A stretch of 64,000 nucleotides of DNA, taken from NCBI GenBank assembly GCA_965116495.1, contig OZ220696.1, positions 2,784,001 to 2,848,000 on the forward strand. The letters are read 5' to 3'. Source of the stretch: Gammaproteobacteria bacterium (GTDB lineage: Bacteria; Pseudomonadota; Gammaproteobacteria; Eutrophobiales; Eutrophobiaceae). The translations under genes and the position numbers were made by a program. Positions 41,601 through 51,638 of this stretch are shown here, piece after piece (the stretch's first letter is position 1; the number at the start of each line of letters is the position of its first letter). The notes under the pieces are model-generated. The model had not been told where the DNA came from. It did no database searches and saw only the letters and a list, made by a program, of their open reading frames with translations.

Positions 41601-42311
41601 TCAGCCGCCTCTTACTTCGTCTTCCATTTGCTCAATGCTGATATGGCGCACATCCTTGCCCTCGACGAAATATATAACATACTCGCAGATGTTGCGAGCA
41701 TGATCGGCTATGCGTTCCAGCGCCCGCGCCACCCAGACCGCGTCCATAAAGCTGCTGATGTTGCGCGGATCTTCCATCATATAGGTAATCAGTTGCCGGA
41801 GTAAGGCGGCGTACTGTTCGTCGGATTCCGGTTCCTTGCCTGCGGTAACCAGCGCTTCCTGGCTATCCATGCGGGCAAACGCGTTCAAGGCTTCGCGCAC
41901 CATGTCCCTGACGAAAACTCCCATGGTGTTTATGCCGATGTAATAGGAACGGGGGCCCGACTTCTCCGCCAGGCTGATGGTCATCCTGGCTATCTTGTCC
42001 GCTTCGTCACCAATGCGTTCCAGGTCGGTGATGGTTTTGATGACCGCCATCACAAACCGGAGGTCGCCGGCCGCCGGCTGGCGCCGCGCCAGCAACGTGA
42101 CACATTCCTCATCGATGGACACCTCGCAGGAGTTCACCTTGACCTCGTTTTCTATTACCTGCTCCGCAAGTGAAACATCGAATCGTATCAACGCCTGCAG
42201 CGCGTCCGAAAACTGCTGTTCGGCAAGACCGCCCATGGCCAGCACGTCGGACCGTATGGTTTCCAACTCATTGTCGAACTGCCTGGAAATATGTTGAGTT
42301 ACCGTGCTCAT
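41601..42311 (-). CDS. phoU: phosphate signalling protein PhoU
   Basis: ARRQPAAGDLR, DLERIGD and LERIADHARNICE. Confidence 0.96.
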   Translation of the reverse strand: MSTVTQHISRQFDNELETIRSDVLAMGGLAEQQFSDALQALIRFDVSLAEQVIENEVKVNSCEVSIDEECVTLLARRQPAAGDLRFVMAVIKTITDLERIGDEADKIARMTISLAEKSGPRSYYIGINTMGVFVRDMVREALNAFARMDSQEALVTAGKEPESDEQYAALLRQLITYMMEDPRNISSFMDAVWVARALERIADHARNICEYVIYFVEGKDVRHISIEQMEDEVRGG

Positions 42312-42323
42312 GGCATTCCCCTT

Positions 42324-43178
42324 TTAACCGTAACGCCCGGTTATGTAGTCTTCGGTCATTGTTTCCTCAGGATTGGTAAACAGCGTATTGGTGTCGTTGA
42401 ACTCGATCATCTCTCCCAGGTACATGTAGGCGGTGTAGTCGGATACCCTGGCGGCCTGCTGCATGTTGTGAGTTACTATGACGATAGTATAATTGGCCTT
42501 GAGCTGGTAAATCAGTTCTTCGACTTTCAGTGTGCTTATGGGGTCCAGGGCGGAGCAGGGTTCGTCCAGCAACAGGATTTCCGGTTCGATTGCAATTGCC
42601 CGGGCAATCACCAGGCGCTGGGCCTGTCCCCCGGAGAGTCCCAGGGCATTATCGTCAAGCCTGTCCTTGACTTCATCCCAAAGCGCCGCGTCCTTCAGGG
42701 CCTTCTCCACCACGGCATCCAGTGTCTGCCGGCGGTTGATGCCCTGGATCCTGAGGCCGTAGGCCACGTTTTCATAGATGGATTTCGGAAACGGGTTGGG
42801 CTTCTGGAAGACCATGCCGACTTTCCTTCTGAGTTCGGCCACGTTCACCGCCTTGGCGAAGATATTCTCTCCGCCAATCCTGATCTCGCCGCTGGTATGA
42901 ACATTGTCGATAAGGTCATTCATGCGGTTAAAACAGCGCAGCAACGTCGACTTGCCGCAACCGCTGGGACCGATGAATGCAGTGGCCTTCTTCTCGGGCA
43001 CTACCATGGTAATGTCCTTCAAAGCCTGCTTTTCGCCGTAATGCAGGTTTAAGCCGTTGACGTTGATACAGGGTCGTTCATCCGCCAGGGACAGCTTCCC
43101 CATATGCCCGGTCAGGGCGCCCAGGTTCACGGCGTGGGTGACTGGCACCGCCTCGTCTGTGTCGGTTCGATCGTTCAC
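42324..43178 (-). CDS. pstB: phosphate ABC transporter ATPase
   Basis: [36 protein letters not shown] and YITGRYG. Confidence 0.96.
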   Translation of the reverse strand: MNDRTDTDEAVPVTHAVNLGALTGHMGKLSLADERPCINVNGLNLHYGEKQALKDITMVVPEKKATAFIGPSGCGKSTLLRCFNRMNDLIDNVHTSGEIRIGGENIFAKAVNVAELRRKVGMVFQKPNPFPKSIYENVAYGLRIQGINRRQTLDAVVEKALKDAALWDEVKDRLDDNALGLSGGQAQRLVIARAIAIEPEILLLDEPCSALDPISTLKVEELIYQLKANYTIVIVTHNMQQAARVSDYTAYMYLGEMIEFNDTNTLFTNPEETMTEDYITGRYG

Positions 43179-43200
43179 GTATTCTCTATTCCGGTCAGTT

Positions 43201-44868
43201 CTACTCGGCTGCCCGATACTTTTCCCGCAGGGAGTTGCGGATCTTGATTGCGGCCAGGTTCAAAAAGATAATGATCAGGATCAATAAAAAAGCGGTCGCG
43301 TATACCAGGGGCCTGGCCGCCTCCACGTTCGGACTCTGGAATCCCACGTCGTAGATATGAAACCCCAGGTGCATGAATTTCCTGTCCAGGTGCAGGAATG
43401 GGAAGTTCCCGTCCAGCGGCATGGACGGGGCCAGTTTGACAACGCCGACAAGCATGAGGGGCGCGACTTCACCGGCGGCGCGGGCAACCGCGAGTATAAG
43501 TCCCGTCATCATCGCCGAGGCAGTCATGGGCAAGACAGTACGCCACAGCGTTTCGGCTTTGGTGGCGCCCAAAGCCAGGCTGCCTTCGCGGATTGCCCGC
43601 GGTACCCTCGCCAGCCCTTCTTCAGTGGAAACGATAACCACCGGCACCGTCAGAATGGCCATGGTCAACGACGCCCACATAATGCCCGGCGTGCCGAAAG
43701 TGGGCGCGGGCAGGGACTCGACAAAAAACAACTCGTCGATGGCGCCGCCCAGGAAATAAACAAAAAAGCCCAGGCCGAATACGCCGTAGACGACCGAGGG
43801 CACGCCGGCAAGGTTATTGACGGCGATGCGTATCAGCCTGGTGAACGGACCCTGCCGGGCGTATTCCCGCAGGTAGACCGCTGCCACGATACCAAAAGGC
43901 GTTACCAGCACGGCCATGATCATCACCATCAGGACGGTGCCGAAAATCGCCGGGAAAATTCCGCCCTCGGTGTTGGCCTCCCGGGGGTCTCCCGATACGA
44001 ATTCCCAGAGTTTCTCAAAATAAAATACGGTCTTGTCCGTGACTCCCATGGCGTTGGGCCGGTATGCCCGTACCACCTTGGAAAACGGGAGTTCGGCTTC
44101 CTGGCCGCCGGCAAGCACCGCCACGAAGGATGCCCTGTTCAATTGTTCATACAGGTCGGTGAGGCGCCCGGTATAACCGTTGTATTCCTCCTGCAGGGTG
44201 GCGCGCCGGGTTTCGACTTCCGCGTAAGCCGGACTGTCCGGCGCGACGTTGTCCAACGCCAATCCTCTTTCCCGCAGGCGCAGGCGTTCCATCTCGTAGT
44301 TGACGGCCCCTATCAGGTTTTTCTCGATATGGTGTATTTCCCCCAGGATTTTCTCACTCTCTGCAATGTATCGCAGGAAAGACTCCCAGTCCGGGTCCGC
44401 ATCCGTTACCTCGCCGTTTTCCTTGACGGCCTTGAGGTAGCCGTAGAAGTTCCCCCATTCATACCTCTCTACGGCCATGATGTTTTCCGGGTAGGACAGG
44501 TTATGCACGGCTGCATCAAGCACCCATCGGTAGTCGAAACCCGTGTAATCCCGGTTGCCGATCCTGACCAAGCGCCTGTCGATTATGTCAATGTCTGCCG
44601 GGATGCGGCTGTCATCCACCGCCAGCCTGGCTCGTGGCACCGCTTCAGCATCAATAAATTCACCCACCAGGGCAATCACGGACCCGTCATCGTCGATGTA
44701 ATCAAATGCCGCAACATTGCTCGGCCAGAAATGGCCCAGGCCGCGTACCATGATCAAGACGACAAGCCCGACCACCATGATAATGGACAGGCTGACCGCG
44801 CTGGCATTCAGCCAGATCCAGGGATCGCCACTGTTGAACCAGTTCTTGAATGATGGCTTAGCCCGCAT
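43201..44868 (-). CDS. pstA: phosphate ABC transporter permease PstA (long form)
   Basis: [28 protein letters not shown] and RAAGEVAP. Confidence 0.95.
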   Translation of the reverse strand: MRAKPSFKNWFNSGDPWIWLNASAVSLSIIMVVGLVVLIMVRGLGHFWPSNVAAFDYIDDDGSVIALVGEFIDAEAVPRARLAVDDSRIPADIDIIDRRLVRIGNRDYTGFDYRWVLDAAVHNLSYPENIMAVERYEWGNFYGYLKAVKENGEVTDADPDWESFLRYIAESEKILGEIHHIEKNLIGAVNYEMERLRLRERGLALDNVAPDSPAYAEVETRRATLQEEYNGYTGRLTDLYEQLNRASFVAVLAGGQEAELPFSKVVRAYRPNAMGVTDKTVFYFEKLWEFVSGDPREANTEGGIFPAIFGTVLMVMIMAVLVTPFGIVAAVYLREYARQGPFTRLIRIAVNNLAGVPSVVYGVFGLGFFVYFLGGAIDELFFVESLPAPTFGTPGIMWASLTMAILTVPVVIVSTEEGLARVPRAIREGSLALGATKAETLWRTVLPMTASAMMTGLILAVARAAGEVAPLMLVGVVKLAPSMPLDGNFPFLHLDRKFMHLGFHIYDVGFQSPNVEAARPLVYATAFLLILIIIFLNLAAIKIRNSLREKYRAAE

Positions 44869-44897
44869 ATCTCACCAGTTGATGCGCCTTCTATTCT

Positions 44898-47171
44898 TCA
44901 TAGCGAACTGTATTTAACCCGGAGTCTCTGCCTGACGACCTCGGCAACGGTATTGAACAGGAACGTCGCCAGGAATAGCACCAGGGCGGCCAGGAACAGA
45001 ATACGGTAGTGGGTGCTGTCCACTTCGGATTCCGGCATCTCAACAGCGATATTGGCGGACAGGGTGCGAAACCCTTCAAAGATATTCATGTCCATGATGG
45101 CCGTATTTCCCGTCGCCATGAGTACGATCATGGTCTCGCCCACCGCCCGGCCGAAACCTATCATTACCGCGGAGAAGATTCCCGGGCTGGCGGTGAGCAA
45201 CACCACTCTCACTGCGGTCTGCCAGGGGGTTGCGCCCAGCGCCAGTGATCCCATCGTCAGGTGTTCGGGCACACCGAAAACAGCGTCTTCACAGATGGTA
45301 AATATTATGGGAATGACGGCAAACCCCATGGCGATGCCCACGACCAGGGAATTTCTCTGGTCATAGGTTATCCCGATTTCATCGGTCAGCCATAACGGCA
45401 TGTTGCCGCCAAAGAAAGCGATCTCCAAGGGCTGGCTGAGAGCGAATGAGACTATGCCCGTAGCGATGATAACGGGCAAAAGCACTACCGCTTCCCATCC
45501 CTCGGGGACTTTATGGCGCAAGTTATCGGGGAGCCTGCTCCAGCAGTATGCCGCGATGATCACGCTGAGCGGCAACAGCAGGAAACATAAAAACAGGCCC
45601 GGCATGTTCTGCTCCACAAACGGGGCAAACCACAGACCGGCGAGAAAGCCGAGTATGACCGTAGGCAAAGCTGCCATGATTTCAATAGTCGGCTTGACGA
45701 TATCCCGCATAACTGCGGACATGAAATAGGCAGTATATACGGCACCCATGATGGCCAGGGGCACGGCAAACAACATAGCGTAAAACGCGGCTTTCAATGT
45801 GCCGTATACCAGGGGCGTCAAGCTGAATTTCGGTTCAAAATCGCTGCTGGCGGAGGACGACTGCCAGATATATTCCGGCTTGTCCCGGCTTTCATACCAG
45901 ACCTTGCCCCAGATCGACGACCAGGAGATTTCCGGATGTTCGTTATCTATCTCCCAAAACTGTACCGTGCCGGTATCATCCTCAACCAGCATGGCATTTG
46001 CCCGCGGCGCCACGGCCAGTTGCGTCAGCCTGTTGTCATTGATTTTTTCCAGCTCCACAGTGCGGTGCGCAGTTGTATGATAAATTCCCAGGTAGCCGGC
46101 ATCGTCCGTCGCCAGGAAGCCCTTCCTGAAGTACTCCGGCGCAATGGACGTTATTTGCGCCGATTGTGAGTCAAAACTGCGTATTTTTTCCAGCGTGTAG
46201 TTATTCTGCGGATCGCGAACGGGAAACCATTGGATGATATTCCCGTCGGAATCGCCCACCAGGATTGAAATACCCCCGCTCAGAAAGGACAGGCTGGCTA
46301 TCTCCGCCGGCGCGCTGACGGCCTGGACCCGTTGCACCAGTTCCGGCGCCGCCTTGTCGCCGATATCGTAATAGGAAATCAACCCGCCCTGTTCGGTGAC
46401 GTAGAGTTCCCTGTGTTCCACGTCCATCACCAGGTGCGTGGCCTGCCGCCCGAACGGGATTTGGCTTTTTGTTATGGTGATTTCGGCCTCGTCGCTGAGG
46501 AACGATTCCTCTTCTGCAATATTCATGAGCAACAGGCGCCGGTCTTCCGTGAACGCGGCAATGGTGATCTGATCATCGTCCGACTGTGCCGCAACCAGCG
46601 TAATGGCGCGCCCCGACTCATCAATTTTCAGCGGCGTCTTGCCTGCGGGCCAGTCTATCCGGGGGAGAATGACGCGCACGTCATTGGGGTAGCTCACATG
46701 GTACTCGTGTACGGCGAGCAATACGCTGCCGTCATCAAGTCCCATGGCAAGCAGACGCTGGGACGGATCGCCTGCGGCAAACGCGGTGAACTCCGCCAGG
46801 GTCTCTTGCGCCAGGAATTGCTGGTGTACCAGGCTGCCGTCCAACGTGTTGAAAAAAACGATACTGCCGTCGTTTGTAACCCGCAGGCCGATCTCACGCT
46901 GTTCTTCCATGGCGTAGTACAAGCTCCCCGTGTTTGTGCCCGCCGGAACCGGGTAGCTTGCCACCTGTTCAATATGCGGAGGCTTGAACATTGGCACCAC
47001 CACGTAAACAAGGTAAAACGCTATAAGTACTATGGCGATGATGACGCTGGTACCGCCCAGCGCCATGACGTAGCGCAGCGCGACATCCTTCAGGTGGCGG
47101 TAATGGCGGTGCTTCTGCGCGGCCGCGGAGTTGAAGTCAGCCAGCAGGGATGTCTGGTTTGCCTCACTCAT
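44898..47171 (-). CDS. pstC: phosphate ABC transporter permease PstC (long form with periplasmic repeat domain)
   Basis: WQSSSASSDFEPKFSL, KPTIEIMAALPTV and GRAVGETMIV. Confidence 0.93.
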   Translation of the reverse strand: MSEANQTSLLADFNSAAAQKHRHYRHLKDVALRYVMALGGTSVIIAIVLIAFYLVYVVVPMFKPPHIEQVASYPVPAGTNTGSLYYAMEEQREIGLRVTNDGSIVFFNTLDGSLVHQQFLAQETLAEFTAFAAGDPSQRLLAMGLDDGSVLLAVHEYHVSYPNDVRVILPRIDWPAGKTPLKIDESGRAITLVAAQSDDDQITIAAFTEDRRLLLMNIAEEESFLSDEAEITITKSQIPFGRQATHLVMDVEHRELYVTEQGGLISYYDIGDKAAPELVQRVQAVSAPAEIASLSFLSGGISILVGDSDGNIIQWFPVRDPQNNYTLEKIRSFDSQSAQITSIAPEYFRKGFLATDDAGYLGIYHTTAHRTVELEKINDNRLTQLAVAPRANAMLVEDDTGTVQFWEIDNEHPEISWSSIWGKVWYESRDKPEYIWQSSSASSDFEPKFSLTPLVYGTLKAAFYAMLFAVPLAIMGAVYTAYFMSAVMRDIVKPTIEIMAALPTVILGFLAGLWFAPFVEQNMPGLFLCFLLLPLSVIIAAYCWSRLPDNLRHKVPEGWEAVVLLPVIIATGIVSFALSQPLEIAFFGGNMPLWLTDEIGITYDQRNSLVVGIAMGFAVIPIIFTICEDAVFGVPEHLTMGSLALGATPWQTAVRVVLLTASPGIFSAVMIGFGRAVGETMIVLMATGNTAIMDMNIFEGFRTLSANIAVEMPESEVDSTHYRILFLAALVLFLATFLFNTVAEVVRQRLRVKYSSL

Positions 47172-47194
47172 GGAAGAATATGGTTGTGTTGGCC

Positions 47195-47218
47195 GGGGAT
47201 GGATTTCAATCTGTCCCC
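47195..47218. repeat. family B palindrome between pstS and pstC
   Basis: GGGGATGGATTTCAATCTGTCCCC. Confidence 0.65.
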
Positions 47219-47226
47219 GTTATTCC

Positions 47227-48213
47227 TCAGTTTCCGGCCAGGTCGAAAGCGCCGATCAGGGCAAGCTGCTTTTCGGCAACCTTTGCAGGCAGAGGAATAT
47301 AACCGTCCTTGACGACCACTTCCTGCCCGGTTTTCGACATGATCATCCTGATGAATTCCCGCTCCAGCGGCGCCAGGGGATCGTTCGGCGTCTTGTTCAC
47401 GTATACGTAGAGAAACCTTGCCAGGGGATACGTTCCGTTAACGGCATTGGACGGCGTGGCATCAGTGAACTTGACGCCATCCTTGCTCAGCGGCACCGCC
47501 CGCACGCCGGATGTCTTGTAACCGATACCGGAATAGCCGATACCGTTGATCGATTTGGTCACCCCTTGCACGACGGATGCGGAGCCGGGTTGTTCATTGA
47601 CGTTATTCTTGTAGTCCCCCTTGCACAGGGCCACCTTCTTGAAATATCCATAGGTTCCGGATACCGAATTGCGCCCGTATAACTGGACCGGCCTGTTGCC
47701 CCAGGCGTCGGCCAGTCCGAGCTGGCCCCAGCGCGTGATATCCTCGGGATGACCGCACTTGCGGGTCGCGGAGAACACTGCGTCGACCTGCGCAATGGTC
47801 AAGCCTTCGACGGGGTTGTCCTTGTGTACGTATACCGCGAGCGCGTCGATGGCCACTGCAACAGGAGTCGGTTTGTAACCGTACCTGGTCTCGAATCCGG
47901 CAACTTCCTTGTTTTTCATCTTGCGGCTCATGGGGCCGAAGTTGGATGTCCCCTCCGTCAGGGCCGGCGGCGCCGTGGAAGAACCGGCTGCCTGGATCTG
48001 CACGTTGACGTTGGGATAGAGTTTTTTGAATTCCTCCGCCCACAGGGTCATCAGGTTTGCCAGCGTGTCGGAACCTACGCTGATGACGTTACCTGACACT
48101 CCGCTGGATTTGCTGTAATCAGGCAGGTCCGGGTCCAAATCAACCGCCTTGACCGCTGCGGAAACAAACACTGCGAGGATAAAGGCTGCATTGAACATTA
48201 GTTTGTTTGTCAC
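47227..48213 (-). CDS. pstS: phosphate-binding periplasmic protein
   Basis: [26 protein letters not shown] and YPLARFLY. Confidence 0.95.
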   Translation of the reverse strand: MTNKLMFNAAFILAVFVSAAVKAVDLDPDLPDYSKSSGVSGNVISVGSDTLANLMTLWAEEFKKLYPNVNVQIQAAGSSTAPPALTEGTSNFGPMSRKMKNKEVAGFETRYGYKPTPVAVAIDALAVYVHKDNPVEGLTIAQVDAVFSATRKCGHPEDITRWGQLGLADAWGNRPVQLYGRNSVSGTYGYFKKVALCKGDYKNNVNEQPGSASVVQGVTKSINGIGYSGIGYKTSGVRAVPLSKDGVKFTDATPSNAVNGTYPLARFLYVYVNKTPNDPLAPLEREFIRMIMSKTGQEVVVKDGYIPLPAKVAEKQLALIGAFDLAGN

Positions 48214-48300
48214 GACATATTCTCCCTGCGAGGTTTATTCAAGATAGCATTATGGGGTCAGGCCTAGTACTCGTTCAACTTAGTATTGAACAACACGTTT

Positions 48301-48318
48301 ATTAAGGAAATGTGACAG
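48301..48318 (-). promoter_or_regulatory. putative Pho box upstream of pstS
   Basis: CTGTCAC-ATTT-CCTTAAT on the minus strand. Confidence 0.6.
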
Positions 48319-48369
48319 CGGCAGACTCCGGTTGCCATTATCACCGATATTTCGGGTCGAGATATGGTG

Positions 48370-49689
48370 TCACAGCCCTGCCCGTTGAGTGGCGCGGGCA
48401 AGTTGAACCACCCGGTGTTCGGGTATAAGGCATTTTACTGCTGTGCCCCTGCCGGGCTCACTGGTTATGTCTAATTCGGTCTCGTGCTGGACCATGACGT
48501 GTTTGGCAATGGCAAGCCCGAGACCGGTGCCTCCCTTTTCCCTGGAACGGCCCTTGTCGACACGATAGAAACGCTCCGTTACGCGATGAATATGCTCTGC
48601 CGGGATACCCTCGCCGGAATCGGACACTTCCATACACGCGCCCGTTGCAGCGCGATACCATTTTATCCGGATTACGCCGCCGGACGGGGTATATTGCACG
48701 GCATTGAAGACGATATTGGAAAAGGCGCTGTAAAGGCTGTCATAATCGCCTCTCACCAGCAGGTCAGGCTGTGTTTCCAGGGAAAAGATATGGCCCTGCT
48801 TGCCGCTCAGGGTCTGGGCCTCGCTGTGTATCACCGAGAGCAACTCTGCCATGTCCACTTCAGTATCCAGGTTTGCAGAGTGGCTGCTCTCCAGTCTTGA
48901 CAATTTAAGCAGGTCCTCGATCAGGTTCTGCATGCGCCTGGTCTGGCTTCGCATTTGTTTTATTCGTGGCCGCCATTCCGGCAACAGGTCATTGGCTTCA
49001 TTTTCCACTGCTTCGAGATAACCGGAGATCACCGTGATGGGCGTGCGTAGTTCATGGGAGGCGTTGGCAATGAAATCCTTGCGCATCCGGTTGGCGCGCT
49101 GGATCTCAGTGACATTACCCGCCACCAGCAACAGGGAAGATTCCGCATACCTGGTGATCCTGATTTCCAGACTGATCTCCGTGTCCACCGGGGATGAGAT
49201 AACGAGACTTTTCGACGCTGAGTCCTTGTCCACGTCGGCGAGGTAATCCAGCAACTCGGGCTGCCTGATAATATGGGAAAAACGCTGTCCCCGGTCCCTG
49301 GGTAAGCGGACCCCCAGGTAATCGGAGGCTTTTTCATTGGCCCACTCCACGTGTCCGTAAGCGTCCATGACGATAACGGCATCGGGCATGGCCTCGGTCG
49401 CTTCCTCAAAACGCGACAGGAAACTGGTAAGTTTCTCCTCCCGCTGTTTATGGTGTGCGCGCAGGGAATCGATTTCCCTGATTATTTCATTGACGATACC
49501 GGGGGCATCGGGCGGAATTTGATCGTTACCGTTGCGCAGGAATTTGCTGATGTATTTCAGCATCCGGTGCTGCCAGACAAGACAAACCACGAGTCCGGTT
49601 GCAAGGCCGGCAAGGATATTACCGGCAAGCAGGCCGGCAAACCCGCAGAGGATAACTACGAAACTCAGCCGGAACAGGTCAGGACGCAT
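48370..49689 (-). CDS. phoR: phosphate regulon sensor kinase
   Basis: PAS domain, DFIANASHELRTP, NAVQYT, ERFYRVD and GGTGLGLAI. Confidence 0.95.
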   Translation of the reverse strand: MRPDLFRLSFVVILCGFAGLLAGNILAGLATGLVVCLVWQHRMLKYISKFLRNGNDQIPPDAPGIVNEIIREIDSLRAHHKQREEKLTSFLSRFEEATEAMPDAVIVMDAYGHVEWANEKASDYLGVRLPRDRGQRFSHIIRQPELLDYLADVDKDSASKSLVISSPVDTEISLEIRITRYAESSLLLVAGNVTEIQRANRMRKDFIANASHELRTPITVISGYLEAVENEANDLLPEWRPRIKQMRSQTRRMQNLIEDLLKLSRLESSHSANLDTEVDMAELLSVIHSEAQTLSGKQGHIFSLETQPDLLVRGDYDSLYSAFSNIVFNAVQYTPSGGVIRIKWYRAATGACMEVSDSGEGIPAEHIHRVTERFYRVDKGRSREKGGTGLGLAIAKHVMVQHETELDITSEPGRGTAVKCLIPEHRVVQLARATQRAGL

Positions 49690-49701
49690 CTGGTACCAGT
49701 A

Positions 49702-50391
49702 CTATTTCTTGGTGGAAAACCGGTATCCGACGCTGCGAACTGTTTGAATTAAATGACTGTAATTGTAAGGCTCAAGGGTCTTGCGCAGGCGCCGTATATG
49801 CACGTCCACAGTGCGCTCTTCAACATAAACGTTCTGGCCCCAGACCTGGTCCAGTAACTGCCCACGCGTGTAGACCCTCTCCGGATGGGTGATAAAAAAG
49901 TGCAACAGGCGAAATTCCGTCGGGCTGATCTCCACGATTTTCTCATCTACGGTAACCCTGAAGGTCTCCGGGTCCAGGGCCAACCCTTTTACGGAGATTA
50001 TTCCCTCGGCGTCCATATTCTTTGCGCGGCGCATTACCGCCCTGATACGCGCCAGCAGCTCCCTGGTGGAAAAGGGTTTGGTAATGTAGTCATCCGCGCC
50101 GGTATCCAAGCCGCGTACCTTGTCGGTTTCCTCTCCCCGTGCAGTCAACATGATAATCGGGATATCCCTGGTATCGGGGTTGTTGCGGATGCGTCTGGCA
50201 TAATCGACCCCGTTCATCCCCGGCAACATCCAGTCAAGCAGGAGCAGATCAGGCCTGTCATCGGCAATCAGCGGCCGGGCCTCTTCGACGTCCGCCGCTT
50301 CCCGGAAAGTATAGCCTTCCTTCATCAGGGTATACCCCAACATTTCCCTGATGGGGGCCTCATCCTCTACGAGGAGAATTTTGCCTTTCAT
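49702..50391 (-). CDS. phoB: phosphate regulon response regulator
   Basis: LLDWMLPG, GADDYITKPFS, PTEFRLL and ERTVDVHIRRLRK. Start at ATG 50391. Confidence 0.96.
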   Translation of the reverse strand: MKGKILLVEDEAPIREMLGYTLMKEGYTFREAADVEEARPLIADDRPDLLLLDWMLPGMNGVDYARRIRNNPDTRDIPIIMLTARGEETDKVRGLDTGADDYITKPFSTRELLARIRAVMRRAKNMDAEGIISVKGLALDPETFRVTVDEKIVEISPTEFRLLHFFITHPERVYTRGQLLDQVWGQNVYVEERTVDVHIRRLRKTLEPYNYSHLIQTVRSVGYRFSTKK

Positions 50392-50434
50392 GGATTGTCT
50401 TTCCTGGAACATGTGATTATTACACAGATATTAT

Positions 50435-50452
50435 ATTACAACATCGTGACAG
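50435..50452 (-). promoter_or_regulatory. putative Pho box (phoB autoregulation)
   Basis: CTGTCAC-GATG-TTGTAAT, with TGTAAT 10 bp downstream. Confidence 0.7.
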
Positions 50453-50525
50453 GCCAGGATAAACGGTAACCATTCGAAAACCGGCAGTAATAGAATTTAC
50501 CAAAAGAGCTTGACAATGACAGGAC

Positions 50526-50582
50526 GTGTCATATAATTGTCACATTGTCATAAAACTGTAATATTTGTCATATTTATGACAT
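50526..50582 (+). promoter_or_regulatory. cluster of Pho boxes upstream of the TPR gene
   Basis: GTGTCAT-ATAA-TTGTCAC at 50526, TTGTCAT-AAAA-CTGTAAT at 50545 (near consensus) and TTGTCAT-ATTT-ATGACAT at 50565. Confidence 0.8.
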
Positions 50583-50619
50583 GCTAACTTGAACTTTAAC
50601 TTTTGTCAGGAGATGCGCC

Positions 50620-50988
50620 ATGGTTAAAAAAATCTTTGCAGTAAGCCTGTTGCTTATCCTGTCCGGCGCAGCCTGGGCTGATGTAACTCCACCGGTTAAT
50701 GACGCCAAAGGAGTCAAACACGCTTACCAGGCCAACGCCATTCAGGAAGGCAACCTCACACAAGCTGAACGGGAACTTTTGCTGGTTATTGCAGAAGACC
50801 CGCACAACCCCTACGCCCTGCTGAACCTGGCCTACGTTTACCAGCAATCCGGGCGCAACGACCAGGCGCGCATACTGTATGAGCGGGTGCTCGAACTGCG
50901 CGCCAACCCCCTGGCCGAGTTGTCATCCGGCAAACCGGCGCGGGTAAAACGTATCGCCCAACGCGGCATTACGGAAACAGGAAAGTAG
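50620..50988 (+). CDS. small secreted TPR protein
   Basis: AGGAG ribosome-binding site, signal peptide ending AWA, and TPR NPYALLNLAYVYQQSGRNDQARILYERVL. Confidence 0.8.
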   Translation: MVKKIFAVSLLLILSGAAWADVTPPVNDAKGVKHAYQANAIQEGNLTQAERELLLVIAEDPHNPYALLNLAYVYQQSGRNDQARILYERVLELRANPLAELSSGKPARVKRIAQRGITETGK

Positions 50989-51020
50989 CCGGTTCCGGCC
51001 GGATATGCTAGCACTGCGGG

Positions 51021-51476
51021 CTAACCCGGGTAGCAATCGGTGATGACGCTGCTCTCCCTGTTGGACCAGATCATCTGACCGATACCGTCGTCGGCAACGG
51101 CGAACAGGAGATGTTCCCTGCCTTCGGGACTGTCCAGCACCATGTGATAAGCGGCCGTGCCGGTCCCGGTATCCGTTATCTGCGCATTATTCCGACGTGC
51201 GCTCCATAACGCGACGCCATCAATAAGGTGGATGATGCCCAGTTCGTCCTGTATGCGGACCAACAGCAATTCGCCGTTTACCTCAGCCGGAGTTTCCCTG
51301 TAGATCGATTCGTCCGACAGGCCGGCTGACAGGTTTCGCGCAGCCTGGTTAAACCCGGCTGGGCTTTCGCAGCGGGTAATTTCCCGGGGTATCGGCAGGT
51401 CCGGCGCCGGTTCCCCGGGCATCTGCAGGACAGCCGCACTCAGAACAAGGATGAGACCGATTGTGGAATTAATCAA
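51021..51476 (-). CDS. hypothetical exported protein
   Basis: 151 aa with a TTG start, hydrophobic N-terminus and two Cys. It has its own putative Pho promoter. Confidence 0.6.
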   Translation of the reverse strand: MINSTIGLILVLSAAVLQMPGEPAPDLPIPREITRCESPAGFNQAARNLSAGLSDESIYRETPAEVNGELLLVRIQDELGIIHLIDGVALWSARRNNAQITDTGTGTAAYHMVLDSPEGREHLLFAVADDGIGQMIWSNRESSVITDCYPG

Positions 51477-51524
51477 AGGTGTTGTTTTTCTTTAAAACGG
51501 ATAGCGGAACTCTATTTCTTTTAT

Positions 51525-51542
51525 ATTACATTTATATGACGT
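51525..51542 (-). promoter_or_regulatory. putative Pho box
   Basis: ACGTCAT-ATAA-ATGTAAT, with TAGAGT 10 bp downstream. Confidence 0.65.
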
Positions 51543-51589
51543 TCCCGGGTCATTTCTGTTACCGCGCCGATCTGTCGTTCGCCACTCAT

Positions 51590-51618
51590 AAAAAAGCCGC
51601 GCAACAGCGCGGCTTTTT
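51590..51618 (-). terminator. rho-independent terminator after the lipoprotein gene
   Basis: AAAAAA-GCCGCGC-AACA-GCGCGGC-TTTTT. Confidence 0.85.
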
Positions 51619-51638
51619 CATCAGCGGGAGGTACCCGG

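Noticed and set aside
43357-44853. 498-aa plus-strand ORF, and similar long ORFs at 7143-8000, 14194-15309, 46332-47312, 53913-54902 and 60532-61605
   Set aside because: These are antisense shadows of well-identified genes in GC-rich DNA and have no recognisable motifs.
44898-47171. Unusually long PstC and PstA as a novelty
   Set aside because: Long forms with large periplasmic domains are known in Pseudomonas- and Vibrio-type pst operons.
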